Positions 17,935 through 26,968 of a stretch of 64,000 bases of DNA are shown here, in pieces (within the stretch, counting starts at the first letter, position 1; every line of letters begins with the position of its first letter). The translations under genes were made by a program, and so were the position numbers. The DNA is taken from contig CAWDDT010000010.1 in assembly GCA_963801165.1 (NCBI GenBank), forward strand, positions 96,001 through 160,000. The letters run 5' to 3'. This stretch comes from an uncultured bacterium. Its GTDB lineage: Bacteria > Actinomycetota > Acidimicrobiia > Spongiisociales > UBA5794. The notes beneath the pieces were generated by a model. It saw nothing but the letters and a program-made list of their open reading frames with translations. It made no database searches and had not been told where the DNA came from.

Positions 17935-18954
17935 ATGGCTCGTGTGCTTCTGTTGTTCGGCGGCAGGTCGGCCGAACATGAGGTTTCATGTGTATCGGCT
18001 GTCGCTGTCCTGAACGCCCTGCGTGACGCAGGGCACCAGGTTATATCGGTTGGGATCGATCATTCGGGATCCTGGTTCCTCGCCGACGATGGCCGCAACC
18101 CGATGGTGGCTGCCGGGCGGCCCGTCTCGTTCCGGGTTCCCGAAGGAAGACTGCTCGTGGGCAACGACGAGATCCTCTTCGATATTGCCTTTCCGGTGCT
18201 GCACGGTCCATACGGCGAGGATGGTTCGATCCAGGGCATGTTCGAGATGTCCGGCACGGCGTTTGTCGGCTGCGGGGTGACCGCATCGGCGCTGGCAATG
18301 GAGAAGGACTTCGCCAAACAGATCTTCACCCAGCAGCGCATCCCAACAGCTAGATGGCTGGCGTTCACCGCAGATGACTTTGCCAATCCGGCCGCCGTTG
18401 TCGCGTCGGTGACGCGGCACCTCGGGTTGCCGGTGTTCGTCAAGCCTGCCGAGTTGGGGTCCTCGGTCGGCGTGAGTAAGGCCAGCACCGAGGGAGATCT
18501 CAAGGACGGCATCAGGGAAGCGCTCCGCTACGGCTCCAAGGTGGTTGTGGAGGAATCCGTGGACGGGCGCGAGATCGAAGTCGCCGTTCTCGGCGGTCAG
18601 GCGTCGGTGCCGGGTGAGATCAGGATCGAGACTGAGTGGTACGACTACAACACGAAGTACAACGATGACACCAGCGAGTTCGTTGCCCCGGCACGGTTGA
18701 CCCCGCCGCAATCGACCACGGTCCGGGAGATGGCTGAACGGGCCTACGCCGCTCTCGGCTGTAAAGGTTTGGCCAGGGTCGATTTCTTCTTCGAGGAGCG
18801 GGGGCGCGGGTTCTTGATCAACGAGGTGAACACCATGCCCGGATTCACACCCATCTCCGGGTTTCCGACGATGTGGCAAGCGACCGGGATGAGCTACGAA
18901 GAACTCTGCGACGAACTGGTGCAACTCGCCCTCCGCGGCGAATCGCGGACATAG
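17935..18954 (+). CDS. ddl: D-alanine--D-alanine ligase
   Basis: FGGRSAEHEVS, LHGPYGEDG, KPAELGSSVG, NEVNTMPGFT. Confidence 0.95.
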   Translation: MARVLLLFGGRSAEHEVSCVSAVAVLNALRDAGHQVISVGIDHSGSWFLADDGRNPMVAAGRPVSFRVPEGRLLVGNDEILFDIAFPVLHGPYGEDGSIQGMFEMSGTAFVGCGVTASALAMEKDFAKQIFTQQRIPTARWLAFTADDFANPAAVVASVTRHLGLPVFVKPAELGSSVGVSKASTEGDLKDGIREALRYGSKVVVEESVDGREIEVAVLGGQASVPGEIRIETEWYDYNTKYNDDTSEFVAPARLTPPQSTTVREMAERAYAALGCKGLARVDFFFEERGRGFLINEVNTMPGFTPISGFPTMWQATGMSYEELCDELVQLALRGESRT

Positions 18955-18975
18955 CTCAATCCCGGACACTCAGGC

Positions 18976-19209
18976 TCAGAGCCGCACAACCGGGCAGGTC
19001 AGAGTTCTGGTGATGCCCTCCACAGCTTGGATCCGGGCTACGACGAGCTTCCCGAGCGAATCGACGTCTTCCGCCTGGGTATGGACGACCGCATCGTAGG
19101 GACCGGTCACTGCCTCGCTCGCGATGACTCCTGGAATCTCGCCAATCCGCTGTGCTACTTCTGCAGCTTTGCCGACCTCGGTTTGGATCAGGACGTAAGC
19201 CTCAACCAC
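18976..19209 (-). CDS. Lrp/AsnC ligand-binding-domain protein
   Basis: AYVLIQTEVGK...VTGPYD...ITRTLTCPVV. Confidence 0.88.
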   Translation of the reverse strand: MVEAYVLIQTEVGKAAEVAQRIGEIPGVIASEAVTGPYDAVVHTQAEDVDSLGKLVVARIQAVEGITRTLTCPVVRL

Positions 19210-19331
19210 GGGCCCTCCTCGTGAAGTGGTCTACAAACATGATACCCACGATCGCACTGGTGCACAGGCCCGGATTTGTGTGCCGCCGGGCGGCACATTG
19301 CAGTTTCCTGCGGAAACTGCCGGTCCGCGGC

Positions 19332-19541
19332 TCACCTACCGTCGGCGCCGAACCGGAGGTTGTTTGCCACCAATGCCCCGTCGACATCGTTGGCGTCGAA
19401 AACGACTCGCTGTCCCTGCCGGAGCATGCGGAACGGAGAACCTTGGAGCGATCCGGGTCGAAGCTCGACCTCGTCGCCGTCATCACGACGGATAACACCG
19501 ATTCCGCTGGCGGGATCGTATGCCTTGACCACACCTTGCAT
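19332..19541 (-). CDS. Cold-shock-domain-like small protein
   Basis: MQGVVKAYDP...LRQGQRVVFD resembles a CSD OB fold; starts 2 nt after the rpmB stop. Confidence 0.7.
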   Translation of the reverse strand: MQGVVKAYDPASGIGVIRRDDGDEVELRPGSLQGSPFRMLRQGQRVVFDANDVDGALVANNLRFGADGR

Positions 19542-19543
19542 GG

Positions 19544-19732
19544 TCAGGCCTTCTGTACTTTCCCGGCCTTGAGACACGACGTGCAAACTCGCACCCGTTT
19601 GGAATTGCTGCCGTGCTTGACCCGGACACGCTGGATGTTGGGCAGCCAACGCCGGCTCGACCGTTTGTGAGAGAAGCTGACTTGTTTGCCGACCCACGGC
19701 TCTTTGCCGCAGACCTCGCATCGATATGCCAT
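19544..19732 (-). CDS. rpmB: 50S ribosomal protein L28 (Zn-binding form)
   Basis: CEVCGK...SFSHKRSSRRWLPNIQ...VCTSCLKAGKV. Confidence 0.95.
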   Translation of the reverse strand: MAYRCEVCGKEPWVGKQVSFSHKRSSRRWLPNIQRVRVKHGSNSKRVRVCTSCLKAGKVQKA

Positions 19733-19878
19733 GACGGGGAAACCTCCTGAGGCGGCGGGCGAGTGTACCAGCGTTTTACCTCGATCCCGAATGCCGCGGC
19801 CCGGTTATGGGTACACCAGAGAACACCCCGGGGACGAGATGCACATGAACCATACCAAATGCTGATACGTTCTCAACC

Positions 19879-22071
19879 ATGGCAGGCAGATCCCTCTCAT
19901 ATCTATCCGGGATACCGGTCGAGCGGGTCAAGGACATCGGGCCGGCGACCGTCAAGAAGCTGAACAAGGCGGGGATCCGGTCTGTGACCGATCTCTTGTT
20001 CCACGTGCCTCGCCGCTACCTCGACCGGTCGCAGCTGTTCGATCTCTCTGACGTCCCACTCGACGAAGAGGTTACGGTCGGCGGGACCGTGACCAAGGTC
20101 GACCAACGCCGGCTGTCGAAGAACCGTCTGATGACCAAGGCCTTGATCACCGACGGCACGAACGTGATCACCTGCACCTGGTTTCGCAAGTACATGAAAC
20201 TGAACCAGGGAGCCGTCATACTGCTCTCAGGCAAGGTCGAGCGGTGGCAGGGCCTGCTGCAGATGAAGAACCCGGATTTTGAGTTCTGGGGGACCGACGA
20301 TGCCCTGGTGACCGGGCGCATCGTTCCGGTACATCCCCAGGTGGGCGGGTATCGGCCCTGGCAGATGAGACAGGCGATCGACAACGCACTGAAGCGCTCC
20401 CAGCCGATCACCGAGGTGCTCCCGCTGGAGATCCTGGCCCGGGTGGGCCTGATGGATCGGGACGCAGCATTCAGTGCCATCCATTTCCCGGACTCGTGGG
20501 ACGAGGCGAAGCAGGCGCGCCGTCGTCTCGTCTTCGACGAGCTGTTCCGTCTCGAGATCTCGCTGGCAATGCAAAAGCAGCAACAGATCGCCGACGCAAC
20601 CGGCATCAGACACGATCCGGCCCGCGAGACGGTGGGACAGTTCGTATCTGCCCTGCCCTACGAGCTCACCGGCGCCCAGACGAGGGCTATCGGTGAGATT
20701 CAGAAAGATATGGCAGCGCCGCATCCGATGCACCGGCTGCTACAGGGCGAGGTTGGCTCGGGCAAGACAGTGGTGGCGGTCACGGCCCTCCTAACCGCGG
20801 TGCAGAGCGGGTACCAGGGTGCGGTGATGGCTCCTACCGAGGTTCTGGCAGAGCAGCACTATCTCGGGATTCGTGACCTCCTCGAAGCCGCCGGGCTGGC
20901 GCCGGGTTACGTGGATCCGGCCGGCAGCGCAGGGACGGAGAGTCTGTTTGCGCCGGACACGGCGGGCGAGACCGCCGATATGCCGATGGTCAAGCTAGCG
21001 TTGCTGACTTCCAACAGCGCCGAGGTCAACTACCTGCCGCCGGGGAAGGCGACACGCTCCGATGTGCTGGCGGGGATTGCCCGTGGCGAGGTCGATCTGG
21101 TCGTCGGGACACACTCGCTGATTCAGGAAGGCGTGGCGTTCTACCGGCTCGGGCTCGCCGTCGTCGATGAACAGCACCGGTTTGGCGTCTATCAGCGTGT
21201 GCAACTGCGTGAGAAGGCGGCCGACTACGACCCGGATCTGCTCATCATGACCGCAACGCCGATTCCGCGGACGCTGTCGATGACTCTGTACGGCGATCTC
21301 GACGTATCCGTGCTCGACGAGATGCCCCCGGGCCGGATCCCGGTGCGAACAGTCCATGTGACGCGAACGGGCCCGGCGCTGGCGCAGGTGTACGACCTGG
21401 TGCGATCTCAGGTGGGTGCCGGGCGCCAGGCGTTCGTGGTGTGCCCGCTCGTGGAGGAAAGCGAGAAACTCGAAGTGAAGTCGGCCACCGAGGAGCACGA
21501 ACGGCTGCGCGGGATCTTCCCCGATCTCAGGTTGGGGTTGATCCACGGTCAGCTGCGTCCCGCCGAGAAGGACGATGTGATGCATCGATTCCGGGAGGGC
21601 GAGGTCGACGTCCTGGTGGCGACGACGGTCATCGAGGTCGGCATCGACATCCCGAACGCCACTCTCATGATCATCGAGGACGCGGATCGGTTCGGGCTCA
21701 GCCAGCTGCACCAGCTCCGGGGCCGGGTCGGGCGGGGCGAGCACGCTTCCACGTGTGTCTTGATCGCCGGGCCGACCACGCCGCAAGGCGAGGAGAGGAT
21801 CAAGGCGATGGTGGCTACGACCGACGGCTTTCGGCTCGCCGAGGAGGATCTGCGAATCAGGGGTCAGGGCACGGTTTTTGGTGAGCGGCAGGCGGGGATG
21901 AAGGATCTGAGGTTGGCCGACATCTTGCGCGATGCCGACCTGTTGGTGCAGGCTCGTGCCGAGGCATTCGATCTCGTCGCGGGCGACCCGAAGCTGGATC
22001 GGCATCAGCCGATACGTGACGAGGTCGTGGCGATGTTGGGTGACGATGTCGAGTGGTTGTTCCGATCATGA
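19879..22071 (+). CDS. recG: ATP-dependent DNA helicase RecG
   Basis: RLLQGEVGSGKT, DEQHRFG, MTATPIPRTL, QLHQLRGRVGRG. Confidence 0.96.
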   Translation: MAGRSLSYLSGIPVERVKDIGPATVKKLNKAGIRSVTDLLFHVPRRYLDRSQLFDLSDVPLDEEVTVGGTVTKVDQRRLSKNRLMTKALITDGTNVITCTWFRKYMKLNQGAVILLSGKVERWQGLLQMKNPDFEFWGTDDALVTGRIVPVHPQVGGYRPWQMRQAIDNALKRSQPITEVLPLEILARVGLMDRDAAFSAIHFPDSWDEAKQARRRLVFDELFRLEISLAMQKQQQIADATGIRHDPARETVGQFVSALPYELTGAQTRAIGEIQKDMAAPHPMHRLLQGEVGSGKTVVAVTALLTAVQSGYQGAVMAPTEVLAEQHYLGIRDLLEAAGLAPGYVDPAGSAGTESLFAPDTAGETADMPMVKLALLTSNSAEVNYLPPGKATRSDVLAGIARGEVDLVVGTHSLIQEGVAFYRLGLAVVDEQHRFGVYQRVQLREKAADYDPDLLIMTATPIPRTLSMTLYGDLDVSVLDEMPPGRIPVRTVHVTRTGPALAQVYDLVRSQVGAGRQAFVVCPLVEESEKLEVKSATEEHERLRGIFPDLRLGLIHGQLRPAEKDDVMHRFREGEVDVLVATTVIEVGIDIPNATLMIIEDADRFGLSQLHQLRGRVGRGEHASTCVLIAGPTTPQGEERIKAMVATTDGFRLAEEDLRIRGQGTVFGERQAGMKDLRLADILRDADLLVQARAEAFDLVAGDPKLDRHQPIRDEVVAMLGDDVEWLFRS

Positions 22072-22610
22072 GGATCATCGCCGGGTCGGCGCGCAGCCGG
22101 CGGTTGCAGGCACCACAGGGGCAGACGACCCGTCCGATGACCGATCGTGTCCGCGAATCGCTGTTCTCGTCGATCGCCGCCTGGATTCCGGGCAGTGTCG
22201 TTTTCGACCTCTACGCCGGGACGGGGGCGATGGGGCTCGAGGCGCTGAGCCGCGGGGCTGCTGCGGTCACGTTCGTCGAACGCGACCGGCGTGCGCTTGG
22301 CGCACTTCGTAGCAACATTGAGGTGGTCGGGCTCGGCGGTTCGGTCGTTGCGGGTGACGTCGACGTTTTTTTGGACGGGACCAAAGAGGTATGCGACCTG
22401 GCGTTCGTTGACCCCCCATATGCCGTAACGCTACCGTCGCTCGTGGAGACGGTCACGAGGCTGCCTCGAGTGATGGCGTACGGTGGGTTGGTGATCGTGC
22501 ATCGTCGGTCCGGGGAGCAGCCACCGGCCGGTATCGCCTCACTCAACCTGGTGGAGGAGCGGTCATACGGAAGTGCCGTACTCTGGCGGTATACAAAGGA
22601 GCGGCCTTGA
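22068..22610 (+). CDS. rsmD: 16S rRNA m2G966 methyltransferase
   Basis: MRIIAG, TRPMTDRVRESLF, DLYAGTG, DPPY. Confidence 0.92.
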   Translation: MRIIAGSARSRRLQAPQGQTTRPMTDRVRESLFSSIAAWIPGSVVFDLYAGTGAMGLEALSRGAAAVTFVERDRRALGALRSNIEVVGLGGSVVAGDVDVFLDGTKEVCDLAFVDPPYAVTLPSLVETVTRLPRVMAYGGLVIVHRRSGEQPPAGIASLNLVEERSYGSAVLWRYTKERP

Positions 22611-22640
22611 AAGCGAAGCGGCTTTGAAAGCGAGGCGACC

Positions 22641-23120
22641 GTGATAGCGGCGTTGGTTCCCGGAAGTTTTGATCCCCCGACCAAGGGTCATCTCGACGTC
22701 ATAGAGCGGTGTGCTGGTCTATTCGATCGGGTCCTCGTCGCCATTGTCGAGAACCCGGCCAAAGCACCGATGTTCACCACCGAGGAGCGGGTCGAGATGC
22801 TCGAGAAGTGCGTGGCGAGCTGGCCAAATGTCGAGGTCGGCTCGTTCTCCGGGCTGCTTGTCGACTATTGCGCTCAGGAGGGCATCGATGTCATCGTGAA
22901 GGGTCTGCGGGCGATGACCGACTTCGACTACGAGTTCCAGATGTCACAGATGAACCGTCATTTGAGCGGAATTGTGACGCTTTTCGTGGCAACTAAGGCA
23001 GAATACGGGTATCTATCGTCGTCTCTGGTGAAGCAGGTTGCCGAGCTGGGGGGTGCGGTCGACAAGCTCGTGCCGCCGATCGTGGTCGCAGCAATAGAAG
23101 AACGGTTAGCGAATGAGTGA
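22641..23120 (+). CDS. coaD: Pantetheine-phosphate adenylyltransferase
   Basis: PGSFDPPTKGH, KGLRAMTDFDYE, SSSLVK. Confidence 0.96.
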   Translation: MIAALVPGSFDPPTKGHLDVIERCAGLFDRVLVAIVENPAKAPMFTTEERVEMLEKCVASWPNVEVGSFSGLLVDYCAQEGIDVIVKGLRAMTDFDYEFQMSQMNRHLSGIVTLFVATKAEYGYLSSSLVKQVAELGGAVDKLVPPIVVAAIEERLANE

Positions 23121-23694
23121 CCAACCGCAAACAGATCCGCCGCCCATTCCGGGTGACGTGCTCGATCTGGTAGAGCAGACACAGGGTGACGTCAGGGCAG
23201 CCCTCGATCAGCTGATCGTCGAGGTGGAGGCAGCGAAGAACGTGCCGCTTTCCAACAGCGTCATGCTTCCCCGCGAGGAGTTCATCGAGCGGATGCGCTC
23301 CATCCGGTCGGCAGTCGATCGGATGCTGGGCGACGCGGTCGTCGGCATGCCCGAGGAGCTACGGGCCGCCCGCTGGATGGTGCGCGAGCGTGAGGCCTAC
23401 ATCGCCCGTACCAACGAGAGTGCCCGCGAGATGATCGCCAAGGCGAAACAGCGCAGCGAGGACCTCGTCTCGGAGAGCTACATAGTCGCCGAGGCGGTGG
23501 AGGAAGCCAACACCCTGGTACGTAATGCCGAGAAGCAGGCGGAGCGAATCCGGCTCGAGGCCGAGGATGTGGCCGAACGCTCGCTTTCCGAGGCCGAGAC
23601 GGTGCTGGGCGAGTTGCTCCGGTATGTACACGAGTCGCGGGCGGCGCTACACGAGCCGCTGCCACCAGCAGACGACGTTCCCATCTCGCAGTGA
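23113..23694 (+). CDS. Coiled-coil protein (SepIVA/Rv2927c-like)
   Basis: AKNVPLSNSVM, PEELRAARW; conserved position between coaD and yceD. Confidence 0.75.
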   Translation: MSDQPQTDPPPIPGDVLDLVEQTQGDVRAALDQLIVEVEAAKNVPLSNSVMLPREEFIERMRSIRSAVDRMLGDAVVGMPEELRAARWMVREREAYIARTNESAREMIAKAKQRSEDLVSESYIVAEAVEEANTLVRNAEKQAERIRLEAEDVAERSLSEAETVLGELLRYVHESRAALHEPLPPADDVPISQ

Positions 23695-24197
23695 GGGACC
23701 AGCCGTTCGAGTTCCACCTCGGCGATCTACGCTCCGGCAGGTCCGCACCACGCACGCTCAGTGGCCGGGTTGCCGTCGACTGGCGTGTCGAGCTGTCACG
23801 GGTCCTCACCGAACCGCCTTTATTCTTCGAGCTCGAGGTGGCGCAGGTCCCCGGTGGCATGTCTGTGTCCGGCGTCATCGAGGCGGCGCTGGCGCATAGC
23901 TGCTACCGCTGCCTCACTGAATGGACCGAAGAGGTCGTCCGCGATGTTGCCCAGATGCTGGTCAGCGGGGGCGATGAGGACGACGACTACCGGATCACAA
24001 GTGACACATACGACTTCGAGGATATGATCCGTGACGAGTTGATGTTGTCGCTTCCAATCGCCCCACTATGCGGTCCCGATTGTGAGGGACTTGTTGTGGA
24101 GGCGGGAAGCGACTTGAATACGAATCTCTCCGAAGACGAGGCTGTTTCCGGCTCGCCCTTTTCGGTTCTCAAAGATCTATTGGATAGTGGGGAATGA
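23691..24197 (+). CDS. yceD: YceD/DUF177 family protein
   Basis: CYRCL, LPIAPLCGPDCEGL, PFSVLKDL; upstream of rpmF. Confidence 0.85.
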   Translation: MRDQPFEFHLGDLRSGRSAPRTLSGRVAVDWRVELSRVLTEPPLFFELEVAQVPGGMSVSGVIEAALAHSCYRCLTEWTEEVVRDVAQMLVSGGDEDDDYRITSDTYDFEDMIRDELMLSLPIAPLCGPDCEGLVVEAGSDLNTNLSEDEAVSGSPFSVLKDLLDSGE

Positions 24198-24218
24198 TCC
24201 CCGAAGGACGAGGCTCCC

Positions 24219-24392
24219 ATGGCGGTCCCAAAGAAGAAGATGTCGCGCTCCCGTACCCGGCGGCGTAAGGCCGAATGGAAGGTGACTGCGCCCGCCACCG
24301 TCGCATGTCAGCGGTGTGGCTCACAGCACCTTCCGCACCGGGTGTGCCCTAACTGCGGCACCTACGATGGGCGCGAGGTAATCGAGACCTAG
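24219..24392 (+). CDS. rpmF: 50S ribosomal protein L32 (57 aa; not in ORF track)
   Basis: Hand translation MAVPKKKMSRSRTRRRKAEWKVTAPATVACQRCGSQHLPHRVCPNCGTYDGREVIET. Confidence 0.96.
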   Translation: MAVPKKKMSRSRTRRRKAEWKVTAPATVACQRCGSQHLPHRVCPNCGTYDGREVIET

Positions 24393-24408
24393 ACAGGACG
24401 CAGATACC

Positions 24409-25392
24409 GTGGCCACCATCGCTATCGATGCCATGGGCGGCGACAACGCCCCCGAGGAGATCGTCCACGGTGGTGTCGATGCGTCGGCTCGCGGTCATGA
24501 CGTTGTGCTCGTCGGCGACCGTGCCCGGATCGAGCCGATTCTGACCGCGGCGGGCGCGGACATTCGCATCGTTCACGCCAGCGAGATGATCGAGATGTCG
24601 GACGATCCCGCGGTGGCGATCCGGGAGAAACGCGACGCATCGATTTCGGTCTCGGCCCGGCTCGTCAAGACGGGTGAAGTCGACGGTCTGGTCTCGGCAG
24701 GCTCGACCGGGGCCGCGCTCGCAGCGGCAACTTTCATGATCGGGAGGCTCCCGGGTGTCTCCCGTCCCGCAATTGCCTCGTATTTCCCGTCCGGCTCCGT
24801 CGTCATCGACATGGGCGCCAACCTCTCGGTGCGACCCACCGATCTCGTTCAGTTTGCGGTGATGGGCGCCGCGCTCGCCCGGGCTCACTACGGCGTTGCC
24901 GAGCCGACCGTAGGTCTGCTCAATATCGGTTCCGAGGCCGGCAAAGGGCGAGTCCTCGAGAAGGACGCGTACGTCTTGCTCGAGAAATTCCCGGGTCTGG
25001 ACTTCATCGGCAACGTAGAGGGGACAGATCTGGCCAAGGCCAGATGCAACGTGATCGTCTGCGACGGCTACACGGGTAACGTCCTGCTGAAGACCGCCGA
25101 AGGCGTCGCCCGTATGGTTCTCGCGCTGGTCCTCGAGGCCGTGTCCGGTCCCGAGTACGCCGAGGCCGTACAGACCCTCGCTCCGGCCGTGTTCGGGTTA
25201 CGCGAGCGACTGAACCCCGAGAGACACGGCGGCGCACATCTGCTCGGTGTCAAGGGTGTCGTGGTGATCACGCACGGCTCTTCGACACGGGTGTCGATCA
25301 CCCATGCGGTCGATACCGCGGTGGAAGCAGCCGAGGGCAAGGTACCGGATATGATCGCTGCCGACCTGGCCGCCGGCCGGGGCTCGCAGTGA
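24409..25392 (+). CDS. plsX: Phosphate acyltransferase PlsX
   Basis: IAIDAMGGDNAP, SAGSTGA, GLLNIGSE, GNVEG, HGSS. Confidence 0.95.
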   Translation: MATIAIDAMGGDNAPEEIVHGGVDASARGHDVVLVGDRARIEPILTAAGADIRIVHASEMIEMSDDPAVAIREKRDASISVSARLVKTGEVDGLVSAGSTGAALAAATFMIGRLPGVSRPAIASYFPSGSVVIDMGANLSVRPTDLVQFAVMGAALARAHYGVAEPTVGLLNIGSEAGKGRVLEKDAYVLLEKFPGLDFIGNVEGTDLAKARCNVIVCDGYTGNVLLKTAEGVARMVLALVLEAVSGPEYAEAVQTLAPAVFGLRERLNPERHGGAHLLGVKGVVVITHGSSTRVSITHAVDTAVEAAEGKVPDMIAADLAAGRGSQ

Positions 25393-26069
25393 CGGGCCCG
25401 ACCGAGCTCGAAACGGCGCTTGGCTACCGGTTCGCATCGAGCGACCTCGCCGCACTGGCGTTGACCCACCGATCGTATGCCGCAGAGCATGGGCTCGATG
25501 TCTCCTACGAGCGTCTCGAGTTTCTCGGCGATGCCGTCCTCCAGCTGGCGGTGACCCGACATCTGTACGACACCTATCCGCAGCTCGCCGAGGGCGAACT
25601 GGCCAAGGTACGGGCGGCGGTGGTCAACCAGAAGGCGCTTGCGATGATCGCCAGGCAGCTCGGCCTTGGGGACCATCTCCTGCTTGGTCAGGGCGAGATG
25701 CATTCCGGGGGGCGCGACAAGGACTCGATACTGGCCGATGTCGTCGAGTCGCTGCTTGGCGCCATCTACCTCGACGGTGGTTATCTGCCGGTCGCCACGA
25801 TCGTGCTCGATCTTCTGGTCCCGCAGATTGAGGAACGGGCGGCTGCGCCGGGCGAACTCGACTTCAAGACCCGACTGCAGGAGGAGCTTGCGCAGCAAGG
25901 TTTGCAGCCACGATATGAGATCAGTGAGAGCGGGCCCGACCATGCCAAGGAGTTCACTGCAGCGCTGTGGATCGACGGTGAGCTGGTAGCCAACGGCAGC
26001 GGGACGTCCAAGAAACGGGCGGAGCAGGCCGCCGCCGAGGTGGCCTCCGAGAAGTTGCACAGGGCCTGA
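25389..26069 (+). CDS. rnc: Ribonuclease III
   Basis: ALTHRS, ERLEFLGDAVL, dsRBD DFKTRLQE...SKKRAEQ. Confidence 0.96.
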   Translation: MTGPTELETALGYRFASSDLAALALTHRSYAAEHGLDVSYERLEFLGDAVLQLAVTRHLYDTYPQLAEGELAKVRAAVVNQKALAMIARQLGLGDHLLLGQGEMHSGGRDKDSILADVVESLLGAIYLDGGYLPVATIVLDLLVPQIEERAAAPGELDFKTRLQEELAQQGLQPRYEISESGPDHAKEFTAALWIDGELVANGSGTSKKRAEQAAAEVASEKLHRA

Positions 26070-26072
26070 GCC

Positions 26073-26903
26073 GTGCCGGAGCTACCCGAAGTCGAGACGA
26101 CTCGTCGCAGTCTCGTACCAGTGCTGGAAGGTGCCGAGATCTCGGCCGTGGTGGTGGGGAGGCCCCGTATGGTCCGTCGGCAGGACAACGCTGATGATTT
26201 CGCACGGCGGTTGCTCGGGCAGCGGATCGAATCGGTCGGCAGACATGGGAAGTTCCTGCTGACCGACCTCGGTAACGGCATGATCTGGGTCACACATCTC
26301 GGTATGTCCGGTCGTATCAGCCTGGTCGATCACGATGCGCCCGTCGTCAAGCACTCGAATGTGATCGTGGCGCTTTCCGGTGGAACCGACTTTCGATTCG
26401 TTGATCCGCGCACCTTCGGATTCGTTGCCGTCTTCACTCCCGAAGAGCTGGCCGAGTCGTCGATGGGGAGGCTGGGACGCGATGCCCTCACTGATCTGCC
26501 CACGAGTCGCGAGCTCGCGGCGATGCTGGCCGGGAGGCAGGCGCCGATGAAGGCGCTGCTGCTCGACCAATCGTTGCTTGCGGGTATAGGCAACATCTAT
26601 GCCGACGAAAGCCTGCATCGAGCTGCGATCTCGCCGCTGCGAGCGGGAGGCGAACTCGACCGCGATGAGGTTGCACGCCTGCGCCGCGCGATAGCCACGA
26701 CCCTGCAGAACGCCCTGAGGTCGGGTGGTACCTCCCTCGACGATCTCGCCTACCTGCTTCCCGACGGGCGCACCGGGGACTACATGGCCCGGTTGCGCGC
26801 CTACGGCAGGGAAGGGGATCGGTGCCGCCGCTGTGGTGGGGAGATCGTCCGCACCCTCGTTCGTGCTCGGAGTTCGTTCTGGTGCCCGCAGTGCCAGACA
26901 TGA
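26073..26903 (+). CDS. mutM: Formamidopyrimidine-DNA glycosylase
   Basis: MPELPEVE, HLGMSG, GIGNIYADE, C-terminal zinc finger. Confidence 0.96.
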   Translation: MPELPEVETTRRSLVPVLEGAEISAVVVGRPRMVRRQDNADDFARRLLGQRIESVGRHGKFLLTDLGNGMIWVTHLGMSGRISLVDHDAPVVKHSNVIVALSGGTDFRFVDPRTFGFVAVFTPEELAESSMGRLGRDALTDLPTSRELAAMLAGRQAPMKALLLDQSLLAGIGNIYADESLHRAAISPLRAGGELDRDEVARLRRAIATTLQNALRSGGTSLDDLAYLLPDGRTGDYMARLRAYGREGDRCRRCGGEIVRTLVRARSSFWCPQCQT

Positions 26904-26968
26904 CCGATGCCGGTGAATGGCATGTGGTAATCACATTCGTGTGATTCGGTTGGTAAGCTCACGACACC

